Source of the DNA: Candidatus Nomurabacteria bacterium
GTDB lineage: Bacteria; Patescibacteriota; Minisyncoccia; Phycocordibacterales; UBA9973
Direction of reading: 5' to 3'
Assembly (NCBI GenBank): GCA_943356375.1
Contig: CALRET010000003.1
Location: forward strand, 1 to 36,418
Length of the DNA stretch: 36,418 nucleotides
The position numbers were made by a program, and so were the translations under genes. Below the pieces are notes generated by a model. The model was not told the origin of the DNA. It was given only the letters and a program-made list of their open reading frames with translations, and did no database searches. Every line of letters begins with the position of its first letter. Position 1 is the first letter of the stretch. Shown in pieces: positions 11,039 to 20,185 of this stretch.

Positions 11039-11827
11039 ATGCTCACAAAATACACATCCCCTATCTTACTATTTTCCCTATGTTTAGCGCTCTTGATATA
11101 CCCTCTTACCCAAGCACATGCCACAACGTCGGATATTGATCGTGCGATGTATGTTTGGTCTACCGCAGAAACAACCTACGGCGCTGAATATATTAAAAAT
11201 TATCTAATAGAAAACAATATAACAACAGTCGTTGCATCGAGTACTAACAAAACGGTATTTAAACAATTACTCGCAACATTGCCCGATGAAGGAATCCAAG
11301 TAGAACTTTTGGTTGGCAGTAACTCCCTGTTAACAAACCCAGATCCGACAGCATATTTTGATAACCTACTCAATGGTATTGACACAACAAAACTTTCTGC
11401 GATACATCTAGATGTTGAACCACACGCAACATCATCATTTCCAGATTATCATTCACGAGAATCCTATTACCAAAATCTATACATCAAACTTCTTAAAACG
11501 ACAAAATCATATTTAGAGGAACGAGACATACAACTTGCTGTCAGTATCCCCGTTTTTTATCCAAAGACGATAGTGAAGAAAATATATAAACAAGCAGATA
11601 CGATATATGTCATGGCATACCAAATAACCAGTATGGATTATTTGAAGAAAAAATTAAAAGAAGAATTCGCACAAGGAAAAAATAAAACCGTTGTCGCATT
11701 CCGCGCGAACGATTTCGAAAATCGAGCAGATTTTGAAAATTATTTAGCTCGCGCAGCAACAAAACTACAAACTAATTCATTCGCATTACACGATTTTGGT
11801 AGATTTGTAACACTTGATACCCAATAA
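11039..11827 (+). CDS. secreted protein, possible TIM-barrel glycoside hydrolase
   Basis: Signal peptide ending AHA, AIHLDVEP (DxE) motif, YVMAY motif. Confidence 0.6.
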   Translation: MLTKYTSPILLFSLCLALLIYPLTQAHATTSDIDRAMYVWSTAETTYGAEYIKNYLIENNITTVVASSTNKTVFKQLLATLPDEGIQVELLVGSNSLLTNPDPTAYFDNLLNGIDTTKLSAIHLDVEPHATSSFPDYHSRESYYQNLYIKLLKTTKSYLEERDIQLAVSIPVFYPKTIVKKIYKQADTIYVMAYQITSMDYLKKKLKEEFAQGKNKTVVAFRANDFENRADFENYLARAATKLQTNSFALHDFGRFVTLDTQ

Positions 11828-11915
11828 CAGATACGGAGCATAACGGTGCTGTCTTGCCTTAATTTGACATGAGCATTTTGAAGTAGTAGTGTATAGAAAG
11901 ATATTACTATAGAAC

Positions 11916-12392
11916 ATGTACATAAAGAGTTTTAACCGTATTCTCGGAAAAGGGATTAGAACCCTATTACAACAACAAGGGTTGCAGGCCTATTCTCTAC
12001 TGGATAAGATGGATTTCAAGAACACCGAAGGTATACTCTACTTACCCCAAATGGTGCAGGTATTGCGTGGGTCACGCGAATTACAACCAAAACAACTCCA
12101 AAAAATATGCAAAGCACTCGATACAACCAGTATAGATATTTTTCTCACTGGTCTATCAGAATTGAAGAGAAAAGACCTGACCGATCACGAAAAAGAAGTT
12201 GTTGATATGTCTATCGCAATTGCCAGAAAATTAATTTCCAATGAGGAAGAATTGGAGAAATTAAAAAAACTGAAAAAAGAAGATTTGGGTGATCGCTTCA
12301 ACGAGGAGGAAAAAAGTGAAGTAATGATTATGAAAGAATGTGCGATTCAACTTGCAGAAGTAATTAAAAAATTTGAAATAGAAAATACATAA
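11916..12392 (+). CDS. hypothetical protein, possible XRE-type HTH
   Basis: LGKGIRTL...LRGSRE...LQKICKALD resembles the Cro/C1 HTH pattern. Confidence 0.5.
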   Translation: MYIKSFNRILGKGIRTLLQQQGLQAYSLLDKMDFKNTEGILYLPQMVQVLRGSRELQPKQLQKICKALDTTSIDIFLTGLSELKRKDLTDHEKEVVDMSIAIARKLISNEEELEKLKKLKKEDLGDRFNEEEKSEVMIMKECAIQLAEVIKKFEIENT

Positions 12393-12395
12393 AAC

Positions 12396-12421
12396 AAAAA
12401 GCGGCCCACAGCCGCTTTTTT
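12396..12421. terminator. bidirectional terminator
   Basis: aaaaagcggc/gccgcttttt between convergent genes. Confidence 0.75.
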
Positions 12422-12683
12422 AAATGTGATTTTTTATCAATTTTAATTTCTCTATCCTTGTCATGCGCTTCAATTGAGCCTCTCGAGATCGCGATTCTTT
12501 AAATGTGGCAACCGCTTCTGAATACTTAAGTATAACCGGGCGACGAATCTTTGTGTAGTGAGCGCCGGATTTTGCTGTATTGTGCTCTTTCAATCTCTTC
12601 TCTAGATTGTTCGTTGAACCCACATAGAGCGTCGTATCAGCACATTCGAGAATATACACAAAAAATGTCGGAGTGATTTTCAT
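12420..12683 (-). CDS. GIY-YIG nuclease family protein (UPF0213/YhbQ-like)
   Basis: FVYILECAD..LYVGSTNNLEKRLKEHN..GAHYT..RE. Confidence 0.9.
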   Translation of the reverse strand: MKITPTFFVYILECADTTLYVGSTNNLEKRLKEHNTAKSGAHYTKIRRPVILKYSEAVATFKESRSREAQLKRMTRIEKLKLIKNHI

Positions 12684-13693
12684 TAGATTGCTGGCAAACG
12701 ATTTGCAAATTTCATAATAGTGGCATCATCGTAATGAGAAAAAAGATCTTTTGTATCTTGATCCAATTGTCCTTTAGTCAATTTATCTCTGAGTATCTCT
12801 AAATGTTTTTTACCAAACACTTCCTTTTTAGGATCAAATGTCTCACCAAGATCTCTAAACATTGAACGAATCCTCGTATCTGTTTCGTATATAAGACCGA
12901 CGTATTCCTTATCTGGTGCCCCCTCTTTAAAAGTTGGTTTCCAATCACCATACAATTCACTATCTAATAATCCATCCTGAGCAACATGACCGACTTCATG
13001 CTGTAACACATTAGTATCAATTGTTTCCGCTGGTCTATATTCTTGACCAGGGATCGGCGGTTTTGCTGGAGTTTCTTTCATAAAGACACTGCTAGTTATG
13101 TATTCAGGAACATCTGTTCTTCCACCAGAAACATGAAATGCCTGACCTTCCTGCAAACCATCTTCTCCTGTCATTTCGCGCAATACATCTACCACATTCT
13201 TAAATGTATCAGATGGTAATATAAAAGTCTTTGCATTATTCGTATTATTAATTAACCAATTTTTAACTTGTACAACATCTTCACCTGTCGCACCTCTTAA
13301 TTTCAATCGTCTCGCAAGTTCGTCTGAATGAGCCCAATCAATTTTTGATTTTTTTACTTTATCGATAATATCTTTATATTTTTCTGAAACGTCAAATTTT
13401 AAAAGTTCTTGCAATTTTTTTTCGAGTTGAATCTTCTTATTTTCCAATTGAACAATTTGTTTTTTATCAGATTCAATTGAAGGAATGTCTGTCTTCTCAC
13501 CAGAAAGACCCAGGTCAACTCGAATCAGGTTAATTTCTTTTATTGTATTAGAAACAACATCTTGATGTCTCGTAATTTCAAGATTAGTATTTTCTAGTTC
13601 TTTAACAAAATTATTCTCGGTAACGGGTATAATTTGCTCTTGTTTTTCAAGAGGACTATTTGACACAACTTCTTTTTTTGATATTTCTTCCAT
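12683..13693 (-). CDS. hypothetical protein with coiled coil and HExxH motif
   Basis: QHEVGH..Q and a downstream E-x-x-x-R. Start moved to ATG 13693 because the upstream in-frame part is a structured element. Confidence 0.7.
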   Translation of the reverse strand: MEEISKKEVVSNSPLEKQEQIIPVTENNFVKELENTNLEITRHQDVVSNTIKEINLIRVDLGLSGEKTDIPSIESDKKQIVQLENKKIQLEKKLQELLKFDVSEKYKDIIDKVKKSKIDWAHSDELARRLKLRGATGEDVVQVKNWLINNTNNAKTFILPSDTFKNVVDVLREMTGEDGLQEGQAFHVSGGRTDVPEYITSSVFMKETPAKPPIPGQEYRPAETIDTNVLQHEVGHVAQDGLLDSELYGDWKPTFKEGAPDKEYVGLIYETDTRIRSMFRDLGETFDPKKEVFGKKHLEILRDKLTKGQLDQDTKDLFSHYDDATIMKFANRLPAI

Positions 13694-13842
13694 ATTATAG
13701 TAAATATTCAACGTCGAAAGCGTGCTCGTTTCGACGCGATTTTTACGCTTGATACCTTCTCGTGTTTTCTTTGAAAACACAGCGAAGCGATTTTAAGCTT
13801 TTTTAGAAATGATCGCTTCGCTTGTAAAAAACTTAAAATCGG

Positions 13843-13913
13843 CTGCCAGACTTGGATTCGAACCAAAGTGACGACTTTCAGAGAGTCGCATCCTACCACT
13901 AGATGATCTGGCA
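13843..13913 (-). tRNA. tRNA-Gln(CUG)
   Basis: TGCCAGA/TCTGGCA acceptor (U1:A72, G73), CGACT-CTCTGAA-AGTCG anticodon arm, TTCGAAT T-loop. CCA is not encoded. Confidence 0.93.
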
Positions 13914-13968
13914 ATACAAACCATACAGTACACTAAAAACGGCTATTTTTCAATACAAAACTTCATGC

Positions 13969-14016
13969 TATACCCGCACACTTGTTTTATTGCAATAAAA
14001 CAAGTGTGCGGGTATA
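13969..14016. repeat. 48-bp perfect palindrome containing a promoter
   Basis: tatacccgcacacttgttttattg|caataaaacaagtgtgcgggtata; TTGCAA-17-TATACT (14013-14018) then ATG 14026. Confidence 0.9.
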
Positions 14017-14025
14017 CTACTACCC

Positions 14026-14736
14026 ATGGATACACAAAACACACAACTAAAACATCTCAGTCTCGATGAGATACGAGAAGGATGTATTACGATACATGGC
14101 GGAGAAAATGACGGATCAAAAGTCTGCATGATGCAAGAAGAATTTCGACAAGGAATCGATCTTATACAAGACTACAAACACGCAGTTACTTTCTATGGAT
14201 CAGCAGTGCTTCATGAAGAAGATCCAATATACAAACGAGTGCAGAATATTGCATATAAAATGGTTAAAGAATTTGGAGTCGCAGTTATCACTGGTGGTGG
14301 ACCAGGGCTCATGGAGGCAGCAAACCGTGGAGCATTTGAAGCTGGTGGAAAATCTGTTGGCGCAACCATTAAACTTCCCCATGAACAAGAGACTAATAAA
14401 TATGTGACTGATATGATTCCTTTTTATTTTTTCTTCGCACGAAAAGTAACACTCTCATATACAACAGAAGCATGTTTTTTTGTACCTGGAGGATTTGGCA
14501 CACTCGATGAATTATTTGATGTTCTTACTCTTGTTGAAACTAAGAAAATAACACCAGTTCCTATCATCTTGATCGGGAGCGATTTCTGGAAACCTCTTGA
14601 TACTTTTATCAAAGAGCAGTTATTAAAGAAATTCAAAACAGTACAAACAGAAGACATAAATATCTACCACATTCTCGATGACGAAGAAGAAATCATGAAC
14701 GTCGTCAGGAATGCAAAACCACGAGTGAGTTTCTAA
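14026..14736 (+). CDS. LOG family protein (TIGR00730, nucleotide monophosphate nucleosidase-like)
   Basis: TFYGSA, TGGGPGLMEAANRGA, PGGFGTLDE. Confidence 0.92.
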   Translation: MDTQNTQLKHLSLDEIREGCITIHGGENDGSKVCMMQEEFRQGIDLIQDYKHAVTFYGSAVLHEEDPIYKRVQNIAYKMVKEFGVAVITGGGPGLMEAANRGAFEAGGKSVGATIKLPHEQETNKYVTDMIPFYFFFARKVTLSYTTEACFFVPGGFGTLDELFDVLTLVETKKITPVPIILIGSDFWKPLDTFIKEQLLKKFKTVQTEDINIYHILDDEEEIMNVVRNAKPRVSF

Positions 14737-14737
14737 T

Positions 14738-14772
14738 AAAAAAAAAGCGCAAGCCTTGCTTGCGCTTTTTTT
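14738..14772. terminator. bidirectional terminator
   Basis: A-run, gcgcaagc/gcttgcgc stem, T-run, between convergent genes. Confidence 0.8.
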
Positions 14773-14773
14773 A

Positions 14774-16486
14774 TTAACCCTTCTTTTTTCTATTGATAGC
14801 TGCTTGTATAAAAGCAGTAAAAAGTGGGTGTGGGGAAAGTGGTCGCGCAAGGAATTCGGGATGGAATTGAACCCCAAGGAAAAATGGATGTTCTTTTTTC
14901 GGGAGTTCGGCTATTTCCATGAGCACACCAGAAGGTGATGTCCCGGAAAACACCAACCCTCCTTTCTTAAGCATTTCGACATATTCAGGATTTACTTCAT
15001 ATCGATGACGATGTCGTTCGCTGACAATAATATTCCGATTTATATTTTTTTTAAGTTTATCTTTTTTCTTCAAAAAAATCCCATATGCATCATGAGCAAT
15101 AGTGTCCAAGTGAATTATTGCGTCATACGCACCAAGTCGCATAGTGGCTCCATATTTTCCTTCTTTGAGATTAACTTTTTGTTCAGGGAGGATGTCAATG
15201 ACCGGATTTGTCGTCTTTGGTCTTATTTCTGTTGTATGTGCATCAGAGAGACTGAGTACATGACGAGCATACTCAACCACAATAAGTTGCATACCATAAC
15301 AGAGTCCAAAATACGGAATTTTATTCTCTCGCGCATACCGAATGGCTTTAATCTTCCCCTCCACACCAGATTCACCAAATCCACCAGGAACCAAAACACC
15401 ATCAAAATTCTTTAATATGGAAATCTTTTTCTTACCACTCTCAAAATCTTTTGAATTAATCCAGGTGAGTTCCGCTTTAACAGAAAGAGATCCCGCGGAA
15501 ATTTTCATTGCCTCAATAACTGATATATATGCATCAGAAAGAACAAAATCCCCAGTATCAAAATATTTCCCAACAACAGCAATCTTAACAGTACTCTTTG
15601 AGTGTTTAATACGAGAAACCATCGCACGCCATTCTATAAGATCTTTATGTTTTGGTTTAAGCCCAAAATGCTCCAATATCTTTTGTCCTGCTTTATCATT
15701 ATCAAAATTAATCGGAACATCATAGATACTATCAATATCTGGTGCTGAAATAACATTTTCATGAGACATACCGCACATGCCCGCGATTTTCTCTTTTCGT
15801 TTTGCATCAAGTGGCGTCTCTGATCGAGCAACAATAATATCCGGACTGATGCCATAAGAATTCAATTGGCGAACAGCGTTTTGTGTTGGTTTTGTTTTCA
15901 TCTCACCTAATTTTGATGGAACAGGAAGAAATGAAACCATAACAAATAAAACATCCTTTGGGTGTTTTATTTTTAATTGCCGAGCAGCTTCGAGAAAGAT
16001 AGCATTTTGATACTCACCTACCGTACCACCAACTTCAACAATCATAATATCCGGGTTCATTTCTGCAACTGATTCACTTATTCGTCGAAGTATTTCTTCT
16101 GTTATATGAAATGTTGGCTCAACACAAGCCCCCTTATAACCAAGCGCACGCTCTTTGTCGATGACATATTTAAAAACCATTCCATTGGTCATGTAGTTCA
16201 CCGCAGGCATACTTTTATTCAAAAAACGCTCGTAGTTCCCCATGTCCTGATCCGTCTCAAGTCCGGAATCAAGAACGAAAACTTCACCATGCTCTGTCGG
16301 GTTCATCGTACCAGCATCAACATTCAAATACGGATCGGCTTTCATAATACTCACAGAAAACCCTTTTGACTGAAGAACCGTCCCAATAGATGCACTCGTA
16401 ATACCCTTACCCACACCCGACATGACTCCACCGACGACAAAAATGTATTTAGGAGACTTTTTGTTGCGAATGGTTTTCTTTTTCAT
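14774..16486 (-). CDS. pyrG: CTP synthase
   Basis: GGVMSGVGKG, DPYLNVDAGTMNP.EHGE, GLCYGMQ, ERHRHRYEVN, QFHPE. Confidence 0.98.
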   Translation of the reverse strand: MKKKTIRNKKSPKYIFVVGGVMSGVGKGITSASIGTVLQSKGFSVSIMKADPYLNVDAGTMNPTEHGEVFVLDSGLETDQDMGNYERFLNKSMPAVNYMTNGMVFKYVIDKERALGYKGACVEPTFHITEEILRRISESVAEMNPDIMIVEVGGTVGEYQNAIFLEAARQLKIKHPKDVLFVMVSFLPVPSKLGEMKTKPTQNAVRQLNSYGISPDIIVARSETPLDAKRKEKIAGMCGMSHENVISAPDIDSIYDVPINFDNDKAGQKILEHFGLKPKHKDLIEWRAMVSRIKHSKSTVKIAVVGKYFDTGDFVLSDAYISVIEAMKISAGSLSVKAELTWINSKDFESGKKKISILKNFDGVLVPGGFGESGVEGKIKAIRYARENKIPYFGLCYGMQLIVVEYARHVLSLSDAHTTEIRPKTTNPVIDILPEQKVNLKEGKYGATMRLGAYDAIIHLDTIAHDAYGIFLKKKDKLKKNINRNIIVSERHRHRYEVNPEYVEMLKKGGLVFSGTSPSGVLMEIAELPKKEHPFFLGVQFHPEFLARPLSPHPLFTAFIQAAINRKKKG

Positions 16487-16504
16487 GCAAGTGGTAAGGT
16501 TATT

Positions 16505-17428
16505 TTATTTGTTTAAATATTTCCTGATTGCCAGAAAACTTGAGACTGACCCAAGTACAGCACCAGATGCAAGAACAATAAGTGCTATCTGGAAGAAATT
16601 TTCTCTATAGTATATTGCCATATTGATTCCCAAGAAATCAGTCATTGTATTACCCAACCATATAGTTATCGGAATAAATAGAATAAGCGTAATCAATGCA
16701 GAAACCATTCCATAAATGACTCCCTCAACGATAAATGGCCCTCTAATATAGAAATTACTTGCGCCGACGAGACGCATAACACCAATTTCTTCACGAGCAA
16801 TGTAGATAGTGAGACGGATGGTATTAAGTGTGATAATAACAGAAATAACAATCAATATAAGTGTGACCAAAAAACCAAGTTTCTCAGCACCATTGATAAT
16901 AGCGTTCAACCGATCAATAATTATTTTATTCTGATTATAATTAATCTTATCAATGATTGTTGCACTGTCTTTCGCTAAGACTCCATCTCCTTCTAAGAAT
17001 TTTGCGATACTTTCATATTGAGATGTCTCTCTTGCTTTAACATTAATCGTTGCTCCAAGTGGATTTTCATTTAATTCTTCAAGTGCTTGTAACGTCAAGT
17101 AATCGTCTTTATGACGCTCTTTAAACTGTAGCAACGCATCATCTGAAGAAATATATGATGCGCTTGCTACTTCTGGAATTTTCTCTATAGACTCTTTAAG
17201 TGATAATATCTTCGACTCGGACGCATCAGGAACAAAATAAATAGTCACATCAACTTTATTTCTAATATCACCAAGAGCTGATTGGAGTACAGCTTGGACA
17301 AAAATAAGACTAGTGATGACTGATAATGTAATAGTCACCACTAATACAGATGACAGAGAGACAACTGTATTTCTAGCAAAACTTACAAATCCTGATCTAA
17401 GTATTCTTTTTAAAAGTATCCATCCCAT
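16505..17428 (-). CDS. ftsX: cell division permease FtsX
   Basis: 4-TM topology, REEIGVMRLVGAS.FYIRGPF; downstream of ftsE. Confidence 0.92.
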   Translation of the reverse strand: MGWILLKRILRSGFVSFARNTVVSLSSVLVVTITLSVITSLIFVQAVLQSALGDIRNKVDVTIYFVPDASESKILSLKESIEKIPEVASASYISSDDALLQFKERHKDDYLTLQALEELNENPLGATINVKARETSQYESIAKFLEGDGVLAKDSATIIDKINYNQNKIIIDRLNAIINGAEKLGFLVTLILIVISVIITLNTIRLTIYIAREEIGVMRLVGASNFYIRGPFIVEGVIYGMVSALITLILFIPITIWLGNTMTDFLGINMAIYYRENFFQIALIVLASGAVLGSVSSFLAIRKYLNK

Positions 17429-17446
17429 AAAATAATGTTTGAAAAA

Positions 17447-18133
17447 TTAAATAATATATTTACCATCTTTATCATCCCTGATAAGTCTCCCTTTCTCAAG
17501 AGTGATCACGCGTTTACCTATAGAATCAATAACTCCACGATTATGTGTCGTTAAAATAACCGTTGTTCCAAGATCATTAATCTTCTTCAAGATCTGCACT
17601 ACTTCATAAGTATTCACTGGATCAAGATTTCCTGTCGGTTCATCAGCAATAATAAGTTCGGGTTGATTAATTATGGCACGTGCAATAGCAAGACGTTGAC
17701 GTTCACCGCCAGACATTTGATGTGGAAAATGATACATTTTACTCGTTAAATCCACGAGATCGAGTACATGTGGAACATCACTCATAATTTCTTCTTCATC
17801 TTTACCTGCTGCTTCCATAGCAAAAGCGATATTTTCATATGCAGTTTTATTTGCAAGGAGACGAAAATCTTGAAAGACAACTCCAATGCGACGACGATAA
17901 TTGGTAAGTTCTTTATGTTTCAATGCGTGAATATTTAGTGATTCAAAAAATACAGAACCTGCTGTTGGTTTTTCTTCACAAAGTAAAAGCTTGATAAGAG
18001 TTGTCTTTCCGGCACCAGAATGTCCGACAACTGAGACAAATTCCCCGGGTGCGACAGAAAATGTCACATCTTCGAGTGATGCGTCGTTTCCTCCTTGTGG
18101 ATATACTTTTGATACATTATTGAAATAAATCAT
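17447..18133 (-). CDS. ftsE: cell division ATP-binding protein FtsE
   Basis: GHSGAGKT, RRRIGVVFQDFRLL, MSGGE, ADEPTGNLD. Confidence 0.94.
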   Translation of the reverse strand: MIYFNNVSKVYPQGGNDASLEDVTFSVAPGEFVSVVGHSGAGKTTLIKLLLCEEKPTAGSVFFESLNIHALKHKELTNYRRRIGVVFQDFRLLANKTAYENIAFAMEAAGKDEEEIMSDVPHVLDLVDLTSKMYHFPHQMSGGERQRLAIARAIINQPELIIADEPTGNLDPVNTYEVVQILKKINDLGTTVILTTHNRGVIDSIGKRVITLEKGRLIRDDKDGKYII

Positions 18134-18139
18134 TGGGAC

Positions 18140-18230
18140 AGTTACTAGTTGATAGTTTATAGCTTGTAGAAAAATACTTGTTGTATTTTGAATTCCCTGT
18201 AAGCTACTTTCTACTATCTACAAACTAGTT
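18140..18230. repeat. two inverted 7-bp arrays in the ftsE 5' region
   Basis: agttact agttgat agtttat agcttgt agaaaaatac (18140-18177) and an opposite-sense array agctact ttctact atctaca aactagt (about 18202-18229). Confidence 0.75.
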
Positions 18231-18344
18231 TCTATTATACCCTACTTGAAAAAATCAACAAATTCCCGAACACTATAGCACCATAAATTTGACATTTGTG
18301 TGATAAATATGTTAAATTATGTCCAGAAATTAGAACTTTTTATA

Positions 18345-19679
18345 ATGAGCAAAAAAGTGGACGGAAAGATGCTTTCCTATATACGGCAAGCGTTTCTGAT
18401 GAATATCCCTTTACCACTCATCGGTAAAGTCTGTGGGATCAACCATCTAACGATCGGACGGTATACTGAAGATATACGAGACCAAGTAAAAAAGATGACT
18501 AGAAATGGTCTAACAATGAATTTATTGAAACTGTATGTTTCCACAGCAATTGAACCAAAAGAATTTGGAGCATTACTCGGATATGCAAAAAAGACTGAGC
18601 GAGTACTCTATGAATACTTGAAATTAAATGTATGGAAACTCTATATTCAGGGAGTGTGTGATTCAGTGAACAGATATTCGAGATTGTCTTTCGAAGAAGG
18701 TATACCTGATTCGTATCAGAAACTTATATTACATCTGGTGAGAGAATACAGGGTATCATTGAATCAGGAAGAGGTATTCCATAAAATTCTTTTGAAAATG
18801 CATGGAAGTGGAATATACCCGAAAGCGATGATCAGAAATCCGACAAAATCTATACAACCGATTTTGGAAGACATCTTAGTTGATGAACGAAAAAAAGTTG
18901 GGTATGCAATATCTGTTGCGTTCTATAAACAACTTCGTTCTTTGATTATGGGGAGTGAACTGCCGAAACAACATAGAGCGGCATTGGTATTGAGTTTTGA
19001 TCTACCAGAAGAAGATGCACCAGTGGAGTACAAAGAGTTTTTCAGCGAGTATCAAACAAATATACCAAGAGACCGAGCATGCAGAGAAGCCATTCGCAGA
19101 CTGCGATCTCATATGATGTTATCAGATTTACCGGAAAACTGGAGCCAGGTCGTTGAGTCACATATCACTCATGAAACAAAAGTACGGTCATTGGATATTA
19201 AAGTATCTCAATTGCATAATGAATTGATTGAGGAGAAAAAATGGAAAGACGATATTGATAAATATCCTGTTTCCTATTTAGTAAAATTCATTCACGATCA
19301 CATGACTGAGGATACATCACTCCCTGTTCAAATTCAAGAAGCGCTACTTATGTATGTGCCTGAGTATAAGAAGAAAGTAGAGGCGTCAGGTGTTCCCACG
19401 GAATTTTCACCATCTATGCTGGCATTTCTGATACAACCTATTCAAGATTTGGACATGAGTGTGCGTACGTATAATTGCCTACGCGCTGCTGATATTTTTT
19501 ATGTGTGGCGAATTTTTAATTATAACAGAAATGATTTTTTAAAATTCAGAAATTTTGGCAAAAAAAGTCTCACTGAGCTTGATGATTTTGCGCATGGTAA
19601 AAATATGCACTTTGGTTTCAAGTATGATACCGCAACATTTAATTATCTGTTAAGTAAGACAAATAACGGCAAACCGTAA
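18345..19679 (+). CDS. protein with C-terminal RNA polymerase alpha-CTD-like domain (not RpoA)
   Basis: C-terminal DLDMSVRTYNCLRAADI...LKFRNFGKKSLTEL; no alpha-NTD. Start is uncertain (TTGACA at 18289 favours ATG 18345). Confidence 0.8.
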   Translation: MSKKVDGKMLSYIRQAFLMNIPLPLIGKVCGINHLTIGRYTEDIRDQVKKMTRNGLTMNLLKLYVSTAIEPKEFGALLGYAKKTERVLYEYLKLNVWKLYIQGVCDSVNRYSRLSFEEGIPDSYQKLILHLVREYRVSLNQEEVFHKILLKMHGSGIYPKAMIRNPTKSIQPILEDILVDERKKVGYAISVAFYKQLRSLIMGSELPKQHRAALVLSFDLPEEDAPVEYKEFFSEYQTNIPRDRACREAIRRLRSHMMLSDLPENWSQVVESHITHETKVRSLDIKVSQLHNELIEEKKWKDDIDKYPVSYLVKFIHDHMTEDTSLPVQIQEALLMYVPEYKKKVEASGVPTEFSPSMLAFLIQPIQDLDMSVRTYNCLRAADIFYVWRIFNYNRNDFLKFRNFGKKSLTELDDFAHGKNMHFGFKYDTATFNYLLSKTNNGKP

Positions 19680-19683
19680 CAGT

Positions 19684-19707
19684 AAACCCCGCATGTGCGG
19701 GGTTTTT
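19684..19707. terminator. intrinsic terminator
   Basis: aaaccccgca tg tgcggggttttt. Confidence 0.75.
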
Positions 19708-19724
19708 ATTTAAGTAATTACTTC

Positions 19725-20117
19725 TTACTTTTTCTTTGTTATCTTCCAAGCGAGACGATGTCCATACATCTCCCTTCCATGGGGATAATCAAATTCGGTA
19801 ATTATGTACCCCATATCCTCAAGTCTTTTTTTAACATTTTTAAAGCATTGAAGATCTCTTGATTTATAATACCCCAAATGTTTGGATATATTATCTTTAC
19901 TAATACCATTCATAAGAACAGTCTCTTTACTAAATCTTTTTGGAATGATCTCAAATTTTGTAACAATATCTTTACCTTTTTCAATGACAGCTTTAGTGTC
20001 TCGAAGATAATGAATAACACCAGCAAGTATTTGAATTTCATCATGTAGTGTTTGAAGATCACTGGCCTGCTTTGAGTTACATACCAGGGTTTGCCCTGGT
20101 ACAACAATATTTTTCAT
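19725..20117 (-). CDS. hypothetical protein
   Basis: 130-aa ORF filling the intergenic space. Confidence 0.6.
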   Translation of the reverse strand: MKNIVVPGQTLVCNSKQASDLQTLHDEIQILAGVIHYLRDTKAVIEKGKDIVTKFEIIPKRFSKETVLMNGISKDNISKHLGYYKSRDLQCFKNVKKRLEDMGYIITEFDYPHGREMYGHRLAWKITKKK

Positions 20118-20185
20118 ATATTAAAACATGTATTTCTAAAAAAATAGTAGCACGAATTTACAATATATGCAAGTACCTAGCTATA

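Noticed and set aside
9917-13913. Intact prophage or integrative element at tRNA-Gln
   Set aside because: No integrase, structural genes or duplicated tRNA-Gln 3' end was found.
13694-13914. ORF 13708-13914 and the upstream extension of ORF 12683-13780
   Set aside because: They overlap tRNA-Gln and the hairpin element, so coding is unlikely.
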